From positions 248,001 through 312,000 of the forward strand of contig OZ025694.1 in assembly GCA_964019335.1 (NCBI GenBank): 64,000 nucleotides of DNA, in the 5' to 3' direction. Positions 22,292-34,137 of this stretch are shown here, one piece after another (position 1 is the stretch's first letter; every line of letters starts with the position of its first letter). A model generated the notes under the pieces. It saw nothing but the letters and a program-made list of their open reading frames with translations, was not told where the DNA came from and ran no database searches. This DNA comes from Diplonema japonicum. Its lineage: Eukaryota > Protista > Euglenozoa: Diplonemea. A program made the translations under genes and the position numbers.

Positions 22292-22410
22292 GAGTGAGCG
22301 AAAAAAAAAAAAAAAAAAAAAAAAGGTGATTTTTTTTTTACTACTTAGAGCAACGAGGACCTACGTGCTTGTATTTACATAAAACCCCTTTCTCCCACCT
22401 TATTACCCAA

Positions 22411-24630
22411 AAATAACTATTTATTGCCAACAAATAATGAGTCATTATTTAACTCGAGTTCCCGAATTTTTTGCACGAGGGCCCGCAGGGCCCGAGTGCA
22501 AAAAAACGGGTAACGAGAGTTAAATAATGGCTCATTTGGCGGCAAGTAAGTCGTTTTATTTCACTCTTCGTCATTTGAGTCACTCACTCTTCACTGCTTT
22601 CACTGCTGTTTTTTTTCACGCAGGTCAGCCTTTTTGGGGAGTTTCCTAAGGTAATATGGGGTTGCTATTTCGCCGTGGCATTTAAAGGGGAAGTAAGGCA
22701 CTTATTCCCACTTTTAAGGGCTGGAATGGCCTCAGATGGCCAAAATAGTCAAAATACGCCCACCCCAAAAAGATTTTTCAAGGGGTTGGGTGCATTTTTT
22801 TCCACGGCGAGACTCATTTTTCCACTCTGAAGGGCCATTATTTAACTGCAAAATCTCATTATTTAACTACTGTAAAACGAATAATGTCGGACGGAAAAAT
22901 TCTCGGACAGAAAAACTCCCGGACGGAAAAACTCCCGGACACCAAAAAAACCCGGACATTTTTCCGTCCGGGAGTTTTTCTGGGAAGAAGTTTTTTTACT
23001 TAAGGGGGGTAGCAGCTCCCACCACGTTTGCCTGGAAGGGCTTTATTCCTTGTGCAGAGCCAAAATGTCACCCTGCGTGGCAGTTTGAATTTTTCTTCCC
23101 CTTTCAATGCACCAACAAACAGCACCCACGGGATCTTTAACTTCTCATAAACCCGTACTTCTTTCGTCAGATTGACCAGTTCGACTACCCAAGGCACGTT
23201 GAGCAGCTGGCTTGTGAGGGGCCCAACTTTGGTGCTGACACCCCCGGCCAGCTCACCCCCGAGAGGTGGAGGAGATAAACTCCTTACACCGGGCCACCCC
23301 CGAAAGCAGCTTGGCGGCCTCTGCCTCGGTCAGAAGACGGCAGCAACAGGTTCAACAGAGCCCCCGGTTTCTTCCAGACGGAAATACTGGACGTTGCTAT
23401 TCCACCCTACCACACCCTGGCCGCCGCGACGCCGTGATAGCAGCGTATCGCCCAATACGGGATTTAGCATCCTTCGGGGGCTGAAAGATTTTTGCTTGAG
23501 TCGATAGGTAAACGGGCTTGGTGAGCCTATCCCAGCACAACAAATATGCACCTATGCAGAAGGGCTGCTGTGCGCCAATCCAGCCCGAAAGACAGACCTG
23601 GTAGACTTTGGTGGGGCACTGCCCTTTTCCACTGGCTAGGCTGACAAAACTTTGCAGCAAGAAAGACAAAAGCCGCAAGCCACCTCCGGAAAGCCCGGAA
23701 ACGAGAAGGACAACGAAGAAGGCACGCTGTTTCACCATGGAATTCAGGTCCATAATCGACACCCATAAAGTAAGGCCGGAATTGGTCTGGAATACGGGGT
23801 TAAAAACCAAAACAAAAAGGGGGGCTAAGGTCGTAAAAGTCCGTGGCTTTGGACAAAACGGGCTATAACCGAACAGCTGGCTGTTTCCTTGGCTGGATGG
23901 TTAAATACAAAGGCAAAGCGGAAACGCAACCGGCAGGGATTATCCGGTGATGCCCCGGTCAAGCACCCGCCCACCGAATGGAGCCTAACGGCATCGCCCA
24001 ATCATTGGGCTAATTATGATACTCGGTATCTGGGTTACGGAGCTGTTTCTTCCTTTTTGCTGGTTTTGCCGAACGGGCCGATTCTGCTGCTTGTCGGCGA
24101 CCACAACTCTCACACGACCTATGCCTATGGGTTCGTAGAGTGGTTCGCAGGCGCAAACGTGCACATTGCTTTTGTCCCCCTGGGCTCACCTACATGGTTC
24201 AACCGATGGATATTGGGTTGAACGCAGCTGTAAAGCATCTATTAAGAAAGGTAGTAGGCCACACGAAGGCTCGACAAGCTGATTGCCTCAGGGCAGCAAG
24301 GGAGGACAAAGATGCAGAAAGGGAACCCTGGGGGTTTCTTCGCGCGGTTGCCGTTTGCAGCCCAGGCCAGTATGCAGGTGGTAGTGGACCAGGCCCCCTG
24401 ACGGCCTTACCTAAAAAAAATTCCCGGACGGAAAAACTCCCGGACGGAAAAATTCCCGGACGCCAAAAAAACTCGGACATTTTTCCGTCCGGGAGTTTTT
24501 CGTTTTACAGTAGTTAAATAATGGCGATTTCGCGTTAAATAATGGCCGTTTCGCGTTAAATAATGGCCATTTCGCGTTAAATAATGAGGCCCCTAGTGAG
24601 TGAAGAAAATGACGAAGAGTGAAATAAAAA
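22411..24630 (-). mobile_element. Hairpin-ended element family A (sub-terminal IR + long terminal hairpin), interrupted by a pogo insertion
   Basis: Reverse complement of 60213-60767. IR ttttatttcactcttcgtcattt (~22555) pairs with aaatgacgaagagtgaaataaaa (~24608). Hairpin spans about 22411-22560. Confidence 0.85.
22870..24510 (+). mobile_element. Degenerate pogo-like (Tc1/mariner superfamily, DDE_1) transposon with TA target duplication
   Basis: TA|CTGTAAAACG...CGTTTTACAG|TA; the empty site is visible at 60301-60320; remnants ILLLVGDHNSH..VHIAFVP and PPGLTYMVQPMDIGLNAAVK. Confidence 0.9.
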
Positions 24631-24931
24631 GAAAAAAAAAAAAAAAACCTACTTAACGAGAAGTGGCGTGCACCTGTTCTGTTAAGGTCCATAGTCTATT
24701 CGGGTATTGTTGGTTTGTTGATGCTCGCGGGCGGCCGTCTCAAGTGTTGCCTTGTGGAGTCATTCACGTAAAAAGGCGGGGGAAAGGGGTTTTCTTTTTA
24801 AAAAAAAAAAAAACAAAAAAAATAAATAAATAAATAAACAACAAAAAACAAGTCAAATGCTATAGGGCTGAAGCCGACGTGCTCAGATGGTTGAATCTCT
24901 ATTTCTAAACAAAAAAAAAAAAAACTTTTTA

Positions 24932-24969
<38 letters not shown>

Positions 24970-25933
24970 GAGGAAAACAGAATATGGACTTTTTTTTTTT
25001 TTAAATTTTGCTATTTGATAGATCCTACTTGTGGGGTAAATGTTGTCATTGTGCAAAGAAATCTTTTTTTAAAAAGATGAGAAGTTCGTGCCCGGGCTTT
25101 TCTGTTCTTCCGAATTAATTTCACTCTTTTTGAATCCCCCCCCTTTATGGTGGGTCATTGCCCCTTGCCCCATCATACAGATTTCTTTTTTTTTTGTAGA
25201 ATCTCATGTACATTTGCTGCGACACTCATATAAACCCAAAAGAAAAGGGGAGAAAAAAAAAGGAGGAAAGAAATAGAACAGGGAAAAAAAAAGAAAAAAA
25301 AAAAAAAAAAAAAAAGAAATGAAGAAAAAAAAAAGAGAAAAAAAACCTCCTTTAAGTTAGGTTAGTTATTTTTTTCGGCCGGTGAGCGCAAAAACGCATA
25401 CCTTAAAAGAATAGTTTTTTTTTTTTTTATATTCTTATTTTATCTTTTTTCTTTTTTTGAGGGCCGTTGCTAACCACTTCGTTCCCATCATAGTGAATTT
25501 TTTTTTTTTTTTTTGCGATTTCTTTTTTTTACTCTCTTGCTCTGTTTCAGGAAATACACTATGTTTTTTTTTTTTTATTTACAAAAAAGAAGAAAAAAAA
25601 AAAAATTGAAAAGGGGGAGTATTAATCTTTTGTGAATATTGATGGGCTATCTCATTTCGTATGAGCTCTAAGTGAATGTGAAATTTAAAAGAAAAAAAAA
25701 GAAAAAAAAAAAGAATAAAAGAAAATCATCTATTTGCGGGACCGAAAGCAGTTCCTCAACTGTTCCACTTTGGACAGTTTTGGACTATTTTTCGTGTCAA
25801 ACAAACAGACGTTGGACTAGTGACTTTTTTATTATTATTATTATTATTTTATGTTTCATGTTTTCTCCACTGGGGTACCTAGCACAAGTTTTTTTTTTTT
25901 TTTTTTAAACTTAATCTTGTTGCGAGCGTGTGT

Positions 25934-25974
<41 letters not shown>

Positions 25975-26247
25975 ACATTTTTCAGATACCGTTTCACATT
26001 TTATTTTAGTACCTTCTTACACCCCTTTCTCCCACGGTGGCGCCTACACGATACCGATTCAAGATTCAAACTTTCCCTTTATGCTTCCCTTTAGCATTGC
26101 CTGCCAGTCCAGTGTCCCGGCACTGTGGACAACAGAAAGCAAGAAACAAAAAGAAAAACTGATTGGTCTTTTCTTTTCTTTTCTTTTCTTTCTTTCTTTC
26201 TTTCTCCCCCCCCCCCCCTTTTTTTACCTCCCCCATTTCCCGCTCTC

Positions 26248-26286
<39 letters not shown>

Positions 26287-26680
26287 ACTTTCACGAATAA
26301 GCGATTTCAACGATTGTGTCCTCACGCTTTTCTTTTCTTTTTTTTTTTTTTCCCATGCACAACAACACCCCAGGAAAAGATCACCGTTGCTTTTTTGGAC
26401 CATAACCTTTCTTTAACAAAGCTTTTTTTTTTTTTTTTTTTTTAAACCGAACTCTGTGGGCACAGCCCATTCGAGCCGGGGAGTCTATACCTTTTTTTTT
26501 TTGTTTTGTTTTGTTTGCAGAACGAGTCTTTGACTTGTCTACACAAGTGGAACGTTGGCAACGTGTCAACGGGCTATAAATTCCCCTCAGGTTTCTACCC
26601 GGCACCACACGAACAACGCCCAGTTCCTCTTTTTTTTTTTTTTTTTTTTTTTGATTTTTATGGCCTAGTAGTAAATTGTG

Positions 26681-26718
<38 letters not shown>

Positions 26719-26729
26719 TCCCCTCCCCA

Positions 26730-26795
26730 GGGTGAAGGCCAGACGCCAAGGAGCAGACGAATACGTTCAAAAGGCGTGACTTCCTTTAACTCATA
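26730..26795 (+). mobile_element. Solo retroposon 3' tail (variant)
   Basis: Ends gacttcctttaactcata followed by a T-run, as do the other tails. Confidence 0.55.
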
Positions 26796-27026
26796 TTTTT
26801 TCATCCCTCCCTCCCATAAAATTTTTTTTTTTTCCTACTTTCTTTTTATTCTTTTTTTTTTTGTATTTAACAAGTAGTGCATCAGTTTTTGCTTTTTTTT
26901 TTTGCGAGAGCAAGAGTAGTGGTGTATGCAGTACCCCCCCTAACACTCGACGCTTCGCAACCTTTTTTGGGAAATCTTCACAATTTGGCCTTTTTTTTTT
27001 TTAAAGAAAAATAAAAAGAAATAAAA

Positions 27027-29429
27027 ATGCCAGAATACTCGGATATTGGGAAGGACGTCCCGGACAACGGCAGCGAAGACAGCGTAGTAGTCATCCTGCC
27101 TGTGGAGGCGTACAGGAAGAGAAGGCGGTACAACGCGTTCCTTACACTCGTAGCAACGTTAGCAGCGGTATCAATCGTATCAGGAATCATAGCAGGGCTG
27201 GAAGACGGGGACGATGACGACGACAATGAAGACCGCCCAGGGGAACCGGCAGCACTCCTCTCCAGAACAGAGGAGATATATAACCAAGCTGCAACAACAA
27301 CAATCGACATCGACGAGTACATCGAGGGGTTTTTCAAACAAGACGATAATCACACCCTCTTCGACCCCGTGTCCACTCAAACCTACAAAAACAACGTTAG
27401 GGGAAATCTATACACAAAACTGTCAACGGACAACCCCGAGAAATGCCACATTACCATTGCAACACTCAAGCGCTCCCTTCAGTCCGTCGCAGTAGCGCTT
27501 CGTCTAGCAGAGGCCGTCCGTCAGGATTATGTCGCACATCGTTATAAGATTAGGTGCACGTTGTCCTTTTTGTTTCTTTCGGGTTCCTCCACGGAGGGTG
27601 CAACGTGGTTCGCGAACAGTTGGGCGCTTAAAGAAATTCCGTTGTGGGGGCCCGCGCATTCTTTGTCGTCGGTTACGACATTTTTGTCGATTGACAACGT
27701 GCTGTGCAGTGGAGTTGAGATCCACTCCTACTTCCCTTCGACTCGCGAACAACTCCGAGAAATAATAGACCTAGCTCGTGAATACCAGCTGGTTACCGGT
27801 TCCACACTCCCTGATGCAATGTTCGGAAAGGTATCAAACCCATCAGCACCTCCACACGGGCTGCACCTTCCTTTCCTGTCAACATCATGCCCGGCACAAG
27901 GATCATGTGTACCCGTTCTTTACATATCGCCGCAGGAAGGGAAAACATGTGATGCAGTGGTCGACCCGAGGGTTACCGCAATGTGGGATTCCATTCTCGT
28001 GAAATGGTTGGTTGAAAAGACGTTTCAAACTCGTTCGGAGAACAGCGAGGATGAGAATGGCAGCCCGGCCCCGACTAACGATGAAACCCTCGAGACAATG
28101 TCGAAAACCGGGGTGAAAGAATATTTGACAACACTCTTAGGTCCTCCCACGGTGTCTTCTGAGACAACAATGAGATATGATGTTGGAGGCGATGGGGATC
28201 CCTACCTGTTCATCGCGAGATGTGGGGAGGGTGTCTTTTCCGTACCCGGTGCAGCGCTTCTTGCGGAGATGGTGCTCGAGCGCAGGAGGGAAAGGTACCT
28301 CCCTGCGAGAAACATTTTCATGTTCACGTTCGGCCCCTTAAAACCGCTCGGGTTTCCCAAGTACTCGCTCGTCGTGTTCCTTCGGAACGTGGCGTCAAAA
28401 CACGCGATCCTCCCTTACCACAAGGGGTCGGACGTAACGGAGTGGGGGTATCTAACAGATGCTGGTTTGAATTCGTCTAGTCTTCACGCGGATATCAAGC
28501 AGATCCATGAGGAGACTAACGTGCTTCCTGTAGGTACCTCTGTGGTGGAACTGGTATCGTATCCCTTGCCCTCTGCAAAACACTATTCAATGGATTTTTC
28601 AGAAGCGGTTGACGAGCGGAGATACGCCAACGTCCGAAGCTCGGTTTTGAAGTGGTTGGAGCTGCACCACAGCGACGTCGATATGGACACCATTGTACAG
28701 GTTCGCGGGGCACCGTGTTCCGCGAAGGGTTTTTTCTCCGTGAGGACGCTGGAAAACTGTGAAAAAACCGCGCGTTTCAAAAAGGCAGGATTCACGGTGG
28801 CAGAACACAGCAACAGGGCTCCAAAAGGATGCTCCATACACCTGTCTACAGGGCATGTTCTGTTCGTGAAGCGCTCTACCCTGACGGCCTCTTCAACGAC
28901 AGAATACCAGCTTTTGTGCAGCAGAATCGGGAAGATATATGATAGCAGTGCGAACGCCACCTTGCAGACGGGCGCGGAAAGAATAGTGGTGGTGGGGAAC
29001 GACCTTGGCCACTTGCCCATACTTGCTTCCATTCAAACTGCTGTGAATGCTTACCTGGGATCCTCTGGGAAGGCCGTGTCGTGTGTGTTTAAAAGAAATG
29101 AGCAACAACAAGTGTTTTCTTCTTCGATTGTTATTTCGTTGGGCGACCTTGACAACGAGCCTGCCCTTATAGATCTCGTCGATCCGACAATTTCCACTTC
29201 TCTTGTGTATCACGAGCTGCAGGGCATTGAAGAGCGTTCTGGTGATTTTCCTTACCGCATGTTTACTGGTAAGGTTGCCGTGCCTTCTTTGTTAAATGGT
29301 TCTTCTGACACATTGCATTTGGCAACACGGAGAAGGGACGAAAAGGCCTCTGGATCCGACACCTCCACCGCCAGCCAGCTGACAGAAATTTTATGGAGGT
29401 ACATCCTCTCTCAAATTTGGGAGGGTTGA
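27027..29429 (+). CDS. Type II membrane protein with decayed M28/glutaminyl-cyclase-like domains
   Basis: N-terminal TM segment; NLYTKL..CHITIAT, EGATWFANSW and SVTTFLSID align by eye to the 30222 paralog, but HYD, GATD, DGEE and DDH are absent; both genes start MPEY. Confidence 0.7.
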   Translation: MPEYSDIGKDVPDNGSEDSVVVILPVEAYRKRRRYNAFLTLVATLAAVSIVSGIIAGLEDGDDDDDNEDRPGEPAALLSRTEEIYNQAATTTIDIDEYIEGFFKQDDNHTLFDPVSTQTYKNNVRGNLYTKLSTDNPEKCHITIATLKRSLQSVAVALRLAEAVRQDYVAHRYKIRCTLSFLFLSGSSTEGATWFANSWALKEIPLWGPAHSLSSVTTFLSIDNVLCSGVEIHSYFPSTREQLREIIDLAREYQLVTGSTLPDAMFGKVSNPSAPPHGLHLPFLSTSCPAQGSCVPVLYISPQEGKTCDAVVDPRVTAMWDSILVKWLVEKTFQTRSENSEDENGSPAPTNDETLETMSKTGVKEYLTTLLGPPTVSSETTMRYDVGGDGDPYLFIARCGEGVFSVPGAALLAEMVLERRRERYLPARNIFMFTFGPLKPLGFPKYSLVVFLRNVASKHAILPYHKGSDVTEWGYLTDAGLNSSSLHADIKQIHEETNVLPVGTSVVELVSYPLPSAKHYSMDFSEAVDERRYANVRSSVLKWLELHHSDVDMDTIVQVRGAPCSAKGFFSVRTLENCEKTARFKKAGFTVAEHSNRAPKGCSIHLSTGHVLFVKRSTLTASSTTEYQLLCSRIGKIYDSSANATLQTGAERIVVVGNDLGHLPILASIQTAVNAYLGSSGKAVSCVFKRNEQQQVFSSSIVISLGDLDNEPALIDLVDPTISTSLVYHELQGIEERSGDFPYRMFTGKVAVPSLLNGSSDTLHLATRRRDEKASGSDTSTASQLTEILWRYILSQIWEG

Positions 29430-29518
29430 TAAGATTTCTTTTTCCCTTTTTTTTTTTTTTTTTCGAATGACGTAGGCAGAAAATGCGCAGTCAAGGGGAC
29501 CACTATATGTCTATTTAA

Positions 29519-29832
29519 CCCTTATGCTACCGGGGGGGGGGGGGGGGGGGGGGGAATTGATTTTTGAATTTTTCCGAAGTTACCTGTCAGTTAGTTTTGG
29601 TAAGATCTGTTTGCAACGAAAGAGACTTTCTGTTGGGAAAAAAAAAGGGGGAGGGAAATGGAAAAATACCAATCTTTTTTGGTGAGTCGATCCCCCACTA
29701 ACCATCAGAGGTGAAGTACTGAGGTTTCAGATGGATACGGGGAGCGCATTTTTTTTCAAAATCTTTTCCATTCTTTTTCCTGAAAATCGACCCCAGGCTT
29801 TGGTCTAGATGGACCAGATGGTAGCATAAGGG
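29519..29832. mobile_element. piggyBac-type MITE
   Basis: TTAA|CCCTTATGCTACC...GGTAGCATAAGGG|TTAA. Confidence 0.9.
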
Positions 29833-30221
29833 TTAAGAGGTGCGTATAGTTATCTTCTTTTACCCCTTATTCTTTTTTTCTAAGGTTTCTTTAGGTTTTT
29901 TTTTTTTTTTTTTTTTTTGCGCCATATGTTACAAAAATGACAAGTTTTTACCATATTATTTCTACACAGTGAGCACCCCCCCCCCCCCCCCCCCCCCCAT
30001 GCAGGGGAGGAAAAAATGCTTTACAGCCTTTTTTTTTTTTTACCCCCTTTTTTTTTCTTTTTTTAAATTTGTGGGGGGGGGAGGGATAATAGGGAAAAAT
30101 TTATTTTTCTACATCTGCTTCTATATTTTTATTTTCCCTCGCGCGTTCTTTTAAAAGATTCAAGGAAACAAGGTGGGAGTAGAGGGTGGAAAGGGGTTGG
30201 GGGGGGGGGCAAAAAAAGAAT

Positions 30222-33125
30222 ATGCCTGAATACGAGGAAACCTGCGATGAGATACAAATGGCCGACATCGAGCTATCCTCGGCCGGGACAGGCGAAGAGG
30301 AAATCAGCCTTGGCGACGAACCGCCTGAAATGCCACCCCCCTCGAGATCTACTGCAAAGGCACTACTATGCATAGGCACCGCACTGTGCTTCATATCAAT
30401 TATAGTAGTGGTGGCAGTTGGGTTATCACAAAGAGACTCATCCTCCACCTCAAAGAACGCAATTCAACATGTTGAAGAAATCCTCAGTTTCGGGGAGAGG
30501 AGTGCCGGGGATGATAACGCACCGCACGTCAAGACACAGGAGTACATTGTCCGTCAGCTAACTGAAGCAGGGTCATGGCTTTCCGAGGTAAGGAGCCAGA
30601 CGTTCCACGAGAATACCCCACTGGGTCCAAAAATGTTCAAAAATCTGTACGCCACGTCGACTCTGGCTCCGCACGAGGATTCCTCGCCGTGCCATCTTGT
30701 TATCGCAACTCACTACGACAGTTACTACAGACCAAATATCACGGAAACACCTGGTGCGTCGTCCGCTACGGGGCTTGGGTTGATCCTTTCCACGATACAT
30801 TCGGTAACCAGCTCGCTTAACCCTGAGAACTACCATTGTAACGTGACTGTTTTGTTCCTCGATGGATCGCAAGGTTTCGTTGACAACGACCCTGGAGCGT
30901 ACGGTTCAACCCGGTTCGCCTCGGAGTGGGCGAAGGGAAGCCTCCCTTACCTCGAAGGGGTATCTACCGTCACGGATTTCATTTTGTTGGGAACGTTGGG
31001 TCCTAAGGACACTGTCGTGCCCCGGTTCGGTACGAAAACCGACAAATTGTTCAACAAGCTTGCAAAATGCGAATTGGACACCACGTTCTCTAGTAGCAGT
31101 AGTAGCAGCGTTTTCTCTTCAAACCTGAATACCCAATCCGATGGTGAAGCTGCCCCGTTCGTCGATGCGGGTGTTTCCAATATTCTTCGTGTTGCATCGG
31201 ACCCACTCCCGGTAACATACCACACTAATTCAGATACTTTGGAATCGTTAGACAAGAATGTCATGGCGATGCTGGATGAGTGCGTTGCCAATCTTGTAAA
31301 AGATATAGTGTTCAAACCCTTGAAACCGGTTTCGGTGGAAATGACGGAGGAGATCCTCTCATTCGGGCCGAGGTTGGTGGACGACACATCGTCTGGGTAC
31401 TTCAAGGCTATCCTGTACATCGAGGACGCGTTCAAAAACCTGCACTCTTTCGAACCCATTTCGCGTCACACCTTCACACAGGACACCGTTAAGGGGAAGA
31501 AAACATTCCGTAACCTATACACCCGCCACAAGAAAGCCGTTCTGAAAAGCGCAGTATGCCACACTGTTCTAACTGTTCACTACGATTCCATGCAGCACGA
31601 CTCGCTGCCCAACTTCGTCGGTGCAACGGACTCGGCAACAGGCGTCGCGCTGGTAATAAACATGGCGAAAGCAATTCATAAACTAACCGAATTCGGGTGC
31701 AGCGTTTCAATTATATTCTTCGACGGTGAGGAAAGTTTTGTAAGCTGGACGGACACCGACTCTGTATACGGGTCACGACGATTCGCTTCAGATTGGGAAC
31801 AGAATAAAATACCAGGTTGGGAGCCGCCGTACTCGATGGAATCCGTTTCAACATTCACGCTGCTGGACCTCCTCGGAACATCTGACTGCAAAGTCCCGAT
31901 ATTCACAGCCTTCCTCGACACAACAAGACAATACCAGTCTCTGCGTTATTATGAAGACCAGTACAACAAGGTTTTCAAGAAGAAGGGGATGATCTTCACG
32001 GGGGTCCGTTCGTCGGCGCACATATCTGACGATCACAAACCGTTTCTGAAGGCGACATGTCAGGAGAAGTGTATGCCGATTCTACACTTAATCGCAAACC
32101 CTTTCCCGCGTGGTGTGTGGCATACAGCATTAGACGTTTTCGCATCAGTGGATTGGGCGGTTATGGCAAAACTTGACTGGGTGTTTCAACAGTGGATCAC
32201 CGACGTTGCAGGACCGCAAAATCCAGTACCGCCTCCATCAGTTATGATAACACAAGAGATTATCTCTTTCGGGACGAGGAGGACGGATGATTCATCTTCA
32301 GGGTACTTCCGGGTCATCAAATACCTTAAGGAGTCGGTTTCACAACTTGAAAACTTCGAACCTCTCCGCGAGCACACCTTCACGATGAACACCGTGGTGG
32401 GTAAGAAAACATTTCGCAATTTATATACAAGGCTGATCCCCGGAGTGTCGTACTCAAGCTCATGCCATGTAGTTCTAACTGCTCATTACGACACGCTTCA
32501 AAAGAGTACCATTCCGAAATTTGTGGGTGCTACAGATTCCGCGACTGGTATTGCTTTGATCCTTAGTGTGGCCAAGGTTGTGGGTGGGTTCAAGAATGCG
32601 AAATGTGCGGTTTCATTGGTTTTCTTTGACGGTGAGGAAGCTTTCAAAACATGGTCCGCCACAGATTCTCTGTATGGGTCGACACGATTCGCGGAAGATT
32701 GGAAATTGGGGAAGATCGACGGGTGGGGCATTGATTACTCCCTTGATTCTGTTAAGGTTTTCGCTCTTCTAGACCTTCTCGGGACAATGGATTGTGTTAT
32801 ACCCGATTTTTTCCCCGGTGACACTGGCAAGGAGTACGCCAGGTTGTCACAGATTGAGCAGAGTATCCGGGTGGGATCGATGAACAGGAAGCTGCTGCAA
32901 CGACCCCCCCCCGACGTTATCTTTTCGAATCCTGTTGTTCACGGTGCTATTGATGATGATCATGCGCCTTTCAAGCGGCTTGGTGTCCCGATATTGCACC
33001 TCATCGCCAGCCCTTTTCCCTCTGTGTGGCACAATTCAGGCGACACGCTTGACGCGGTGGATTGGAACACAATGTCGAAACTGGAAACGATTTTGTCGAT
33101 CTGGATTGAGGAGAAGCTTTCGTGA
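30222..33125 (+). CDS. QPCT: Membrane-anchored protein with three tandem M28 glutaminyl-peptide cyclotransferase domains
   Basis: Domains 2 and 3 have HYD, GATDSA, FFDGEE, LLDLLG, DDH.PF and WH. Domain 1 has HYDS but GASSA, DGSQ and DGEAAPF. N-terminal TM helix. Confidence 0.85.
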   Translation: MPEYEETCDEIQMADIELSSAGTGEEEISLGDEPPEMPPPSRSTAKALLCIGTALCFISIIVVVAVGLSQRDSSSTSKNAIQHVEEILSFGERSAGDDNAPHVKTQEYIVRQLTEAGSWLSEVRSQTFHENTPLGPKMFKNLYATSTLAPHEDSSPCHLVIATHYDSYYRPNITETPGASSATGLGLILSTIHSVTSSLNPENYHCNVTVLFLDGSQGFVDNDPGAYGSTRFASEWAKGSLPYLEGVSTVTDFILLGTLGPKDTVVPRFGTKTDKLFNKLAKCELDTTFSSSSSSSVFSSNLNTQSDGEAAPFVDAGVSNILRVASDPLPVTYHTNSDTLESLDKNVMAMLDECVANLVKDIVFKPLKPVSVEMTEEILSFGPRLVDDTSSGYFKAILYIEDAFKNLHSFEPISRHTFTQDTVKGKKTFRNLYTRHKKAVLKSAVCHTVLTVHYDSMQHDSLPNFVGATDSATGVALVINMAKAIHKLTEFGCSVSIIFFDGEESFVSWTDTDSVYGSRRFASDWEQNKIPGWEPPYSMESVSTFTLLDLLGTSDCKVPIFTAFLDTTRQYQSLRYYEDQYNKVFKKKGMIFTGVRSSAHISDDHKPFLKATCQEKCMPILHLIANPFPRGVWHTALDVFASVDWAVMAKLDWVFQQWITDVAGPQNPVPPPSVMITQEIISFGTRRTDDSSSGYFRVIKYLKESVSQLENFEPLREHTFTMNTVVGKKTFRNLYTRLIPGVSYSSSCHVVLTAHYDTLQKSTIPKFVGATDSATGIALILSVAKVVGGFKNAKCAVSLVFFDGEEAFKTWSATDSLYGSTRFAEDWKLGKIDGWGIDYSLDSVKVFALLDLLGTMDCVIPDFFPGDTGKEYARLSQIEQSIRVGSMNRKLLQRPPPDVIFSNPVVHGAIDDDHAPFKRLGVPILHLIASPFPSVWHNSGDTLDAVDWNTMSKLETILSIWIEEKLS

Positions 33126-33427
33126 TAGGAAAAAAAAAAAAAAAAAAAAATTGAAAAATCTTTTTGTATGATACACTTTTTTTTGTGTGAGAAAAAAAAG
33201 AAATAATAAAAAAAAAATACAAGTATTCGACTAAGCACACTCCTGTGCACTATATAGGGGGGGGGGGGGGAAGGACACGAGAAAAAAAAAAGAAAAAAAA
33301 GAAGAAAGTACTGTAAACCAAGAAACATTACCACACCCAAAGTAGTGATTATTCGCAAAAAGAAGAAAAAAGTGAGGGGGGAAAAAAAGAATTTTTCTTT
33401 TGTGTGGGTGAAATCTCTTTTTTTTTA

Positions 33428-33741
33428 CTGGTGGTGGGGATAACATGGAAATATAAAGAAGTACATCAGATGTGTTGTTCGCTGTTGACCTCCCCGTCGG
33501 TCATCACCGGTAGCGCCCAAGTGGAAGAAGCAGATGCTCTGGGTGGCGAACAGGCAGCAAACTACACGGGCTCAGAATCTTGGTTACCCGGGGCGCCCCG
33601 GCTGGGGTTGAGCTGCACACCGCACGCATTAAGGACACGACGCGGAACGCAGAAGAAGCTACAGCTAGGCCGAGGTGCGCCCCCTGTAATCAAGTAAATG
33701 GTGCTTGTGCAGGGTGCCCCCACCGGCTTCCTTTAAATCAT
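33428..33741 (+). mobile_element. Short non-autonomous retroposon, near full length, diverged
   Basis: Colinear with 60776-61082. Confidence 0.85.
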
Positions 33742-34137
33742 CGAGTCTTTACTTTTTTTCTGCCGGCTTTGCAACTTTTTTTTTATATCTTCTGAGGAAA
33801 TGTTTCCCCCGATGATTCCATTTTCTTGGCTTTTACAAAAAAAAAAAAAAAGAAATGTTTTCTTTAAAAAGAAATGTTTTCTTTAAAAAGAAATAGTTTT
33901 TTTTTGCTGTTCTTCTAAAGAAAAGTAAGTGTGGGGGGGTTTTTTTTTCTTTTTCTTTCTTCCTTTCTTGCTGCTCTGGGGGGGGTTTGCGGATTCATTG
34001 CATTACTTTTTTCTGTTCAGTTTTTTATTAGCTTTTCTTTCAATTATTCGCCATTTTGTCATGGCAAAAAAAAAAAAGAAAAAAAGAATTCAACAAAGAA
34101 ACAAACAAACAAAAAAAACAAAAACAAAAAAAAAAAA

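Noticed and set aside
17761-27000. Many 60-150 aa poly-Lys/poly-Phe ORFs here and in other intergenic regions
   Set aside because: They are translations of A/T homopolymers, not genes.
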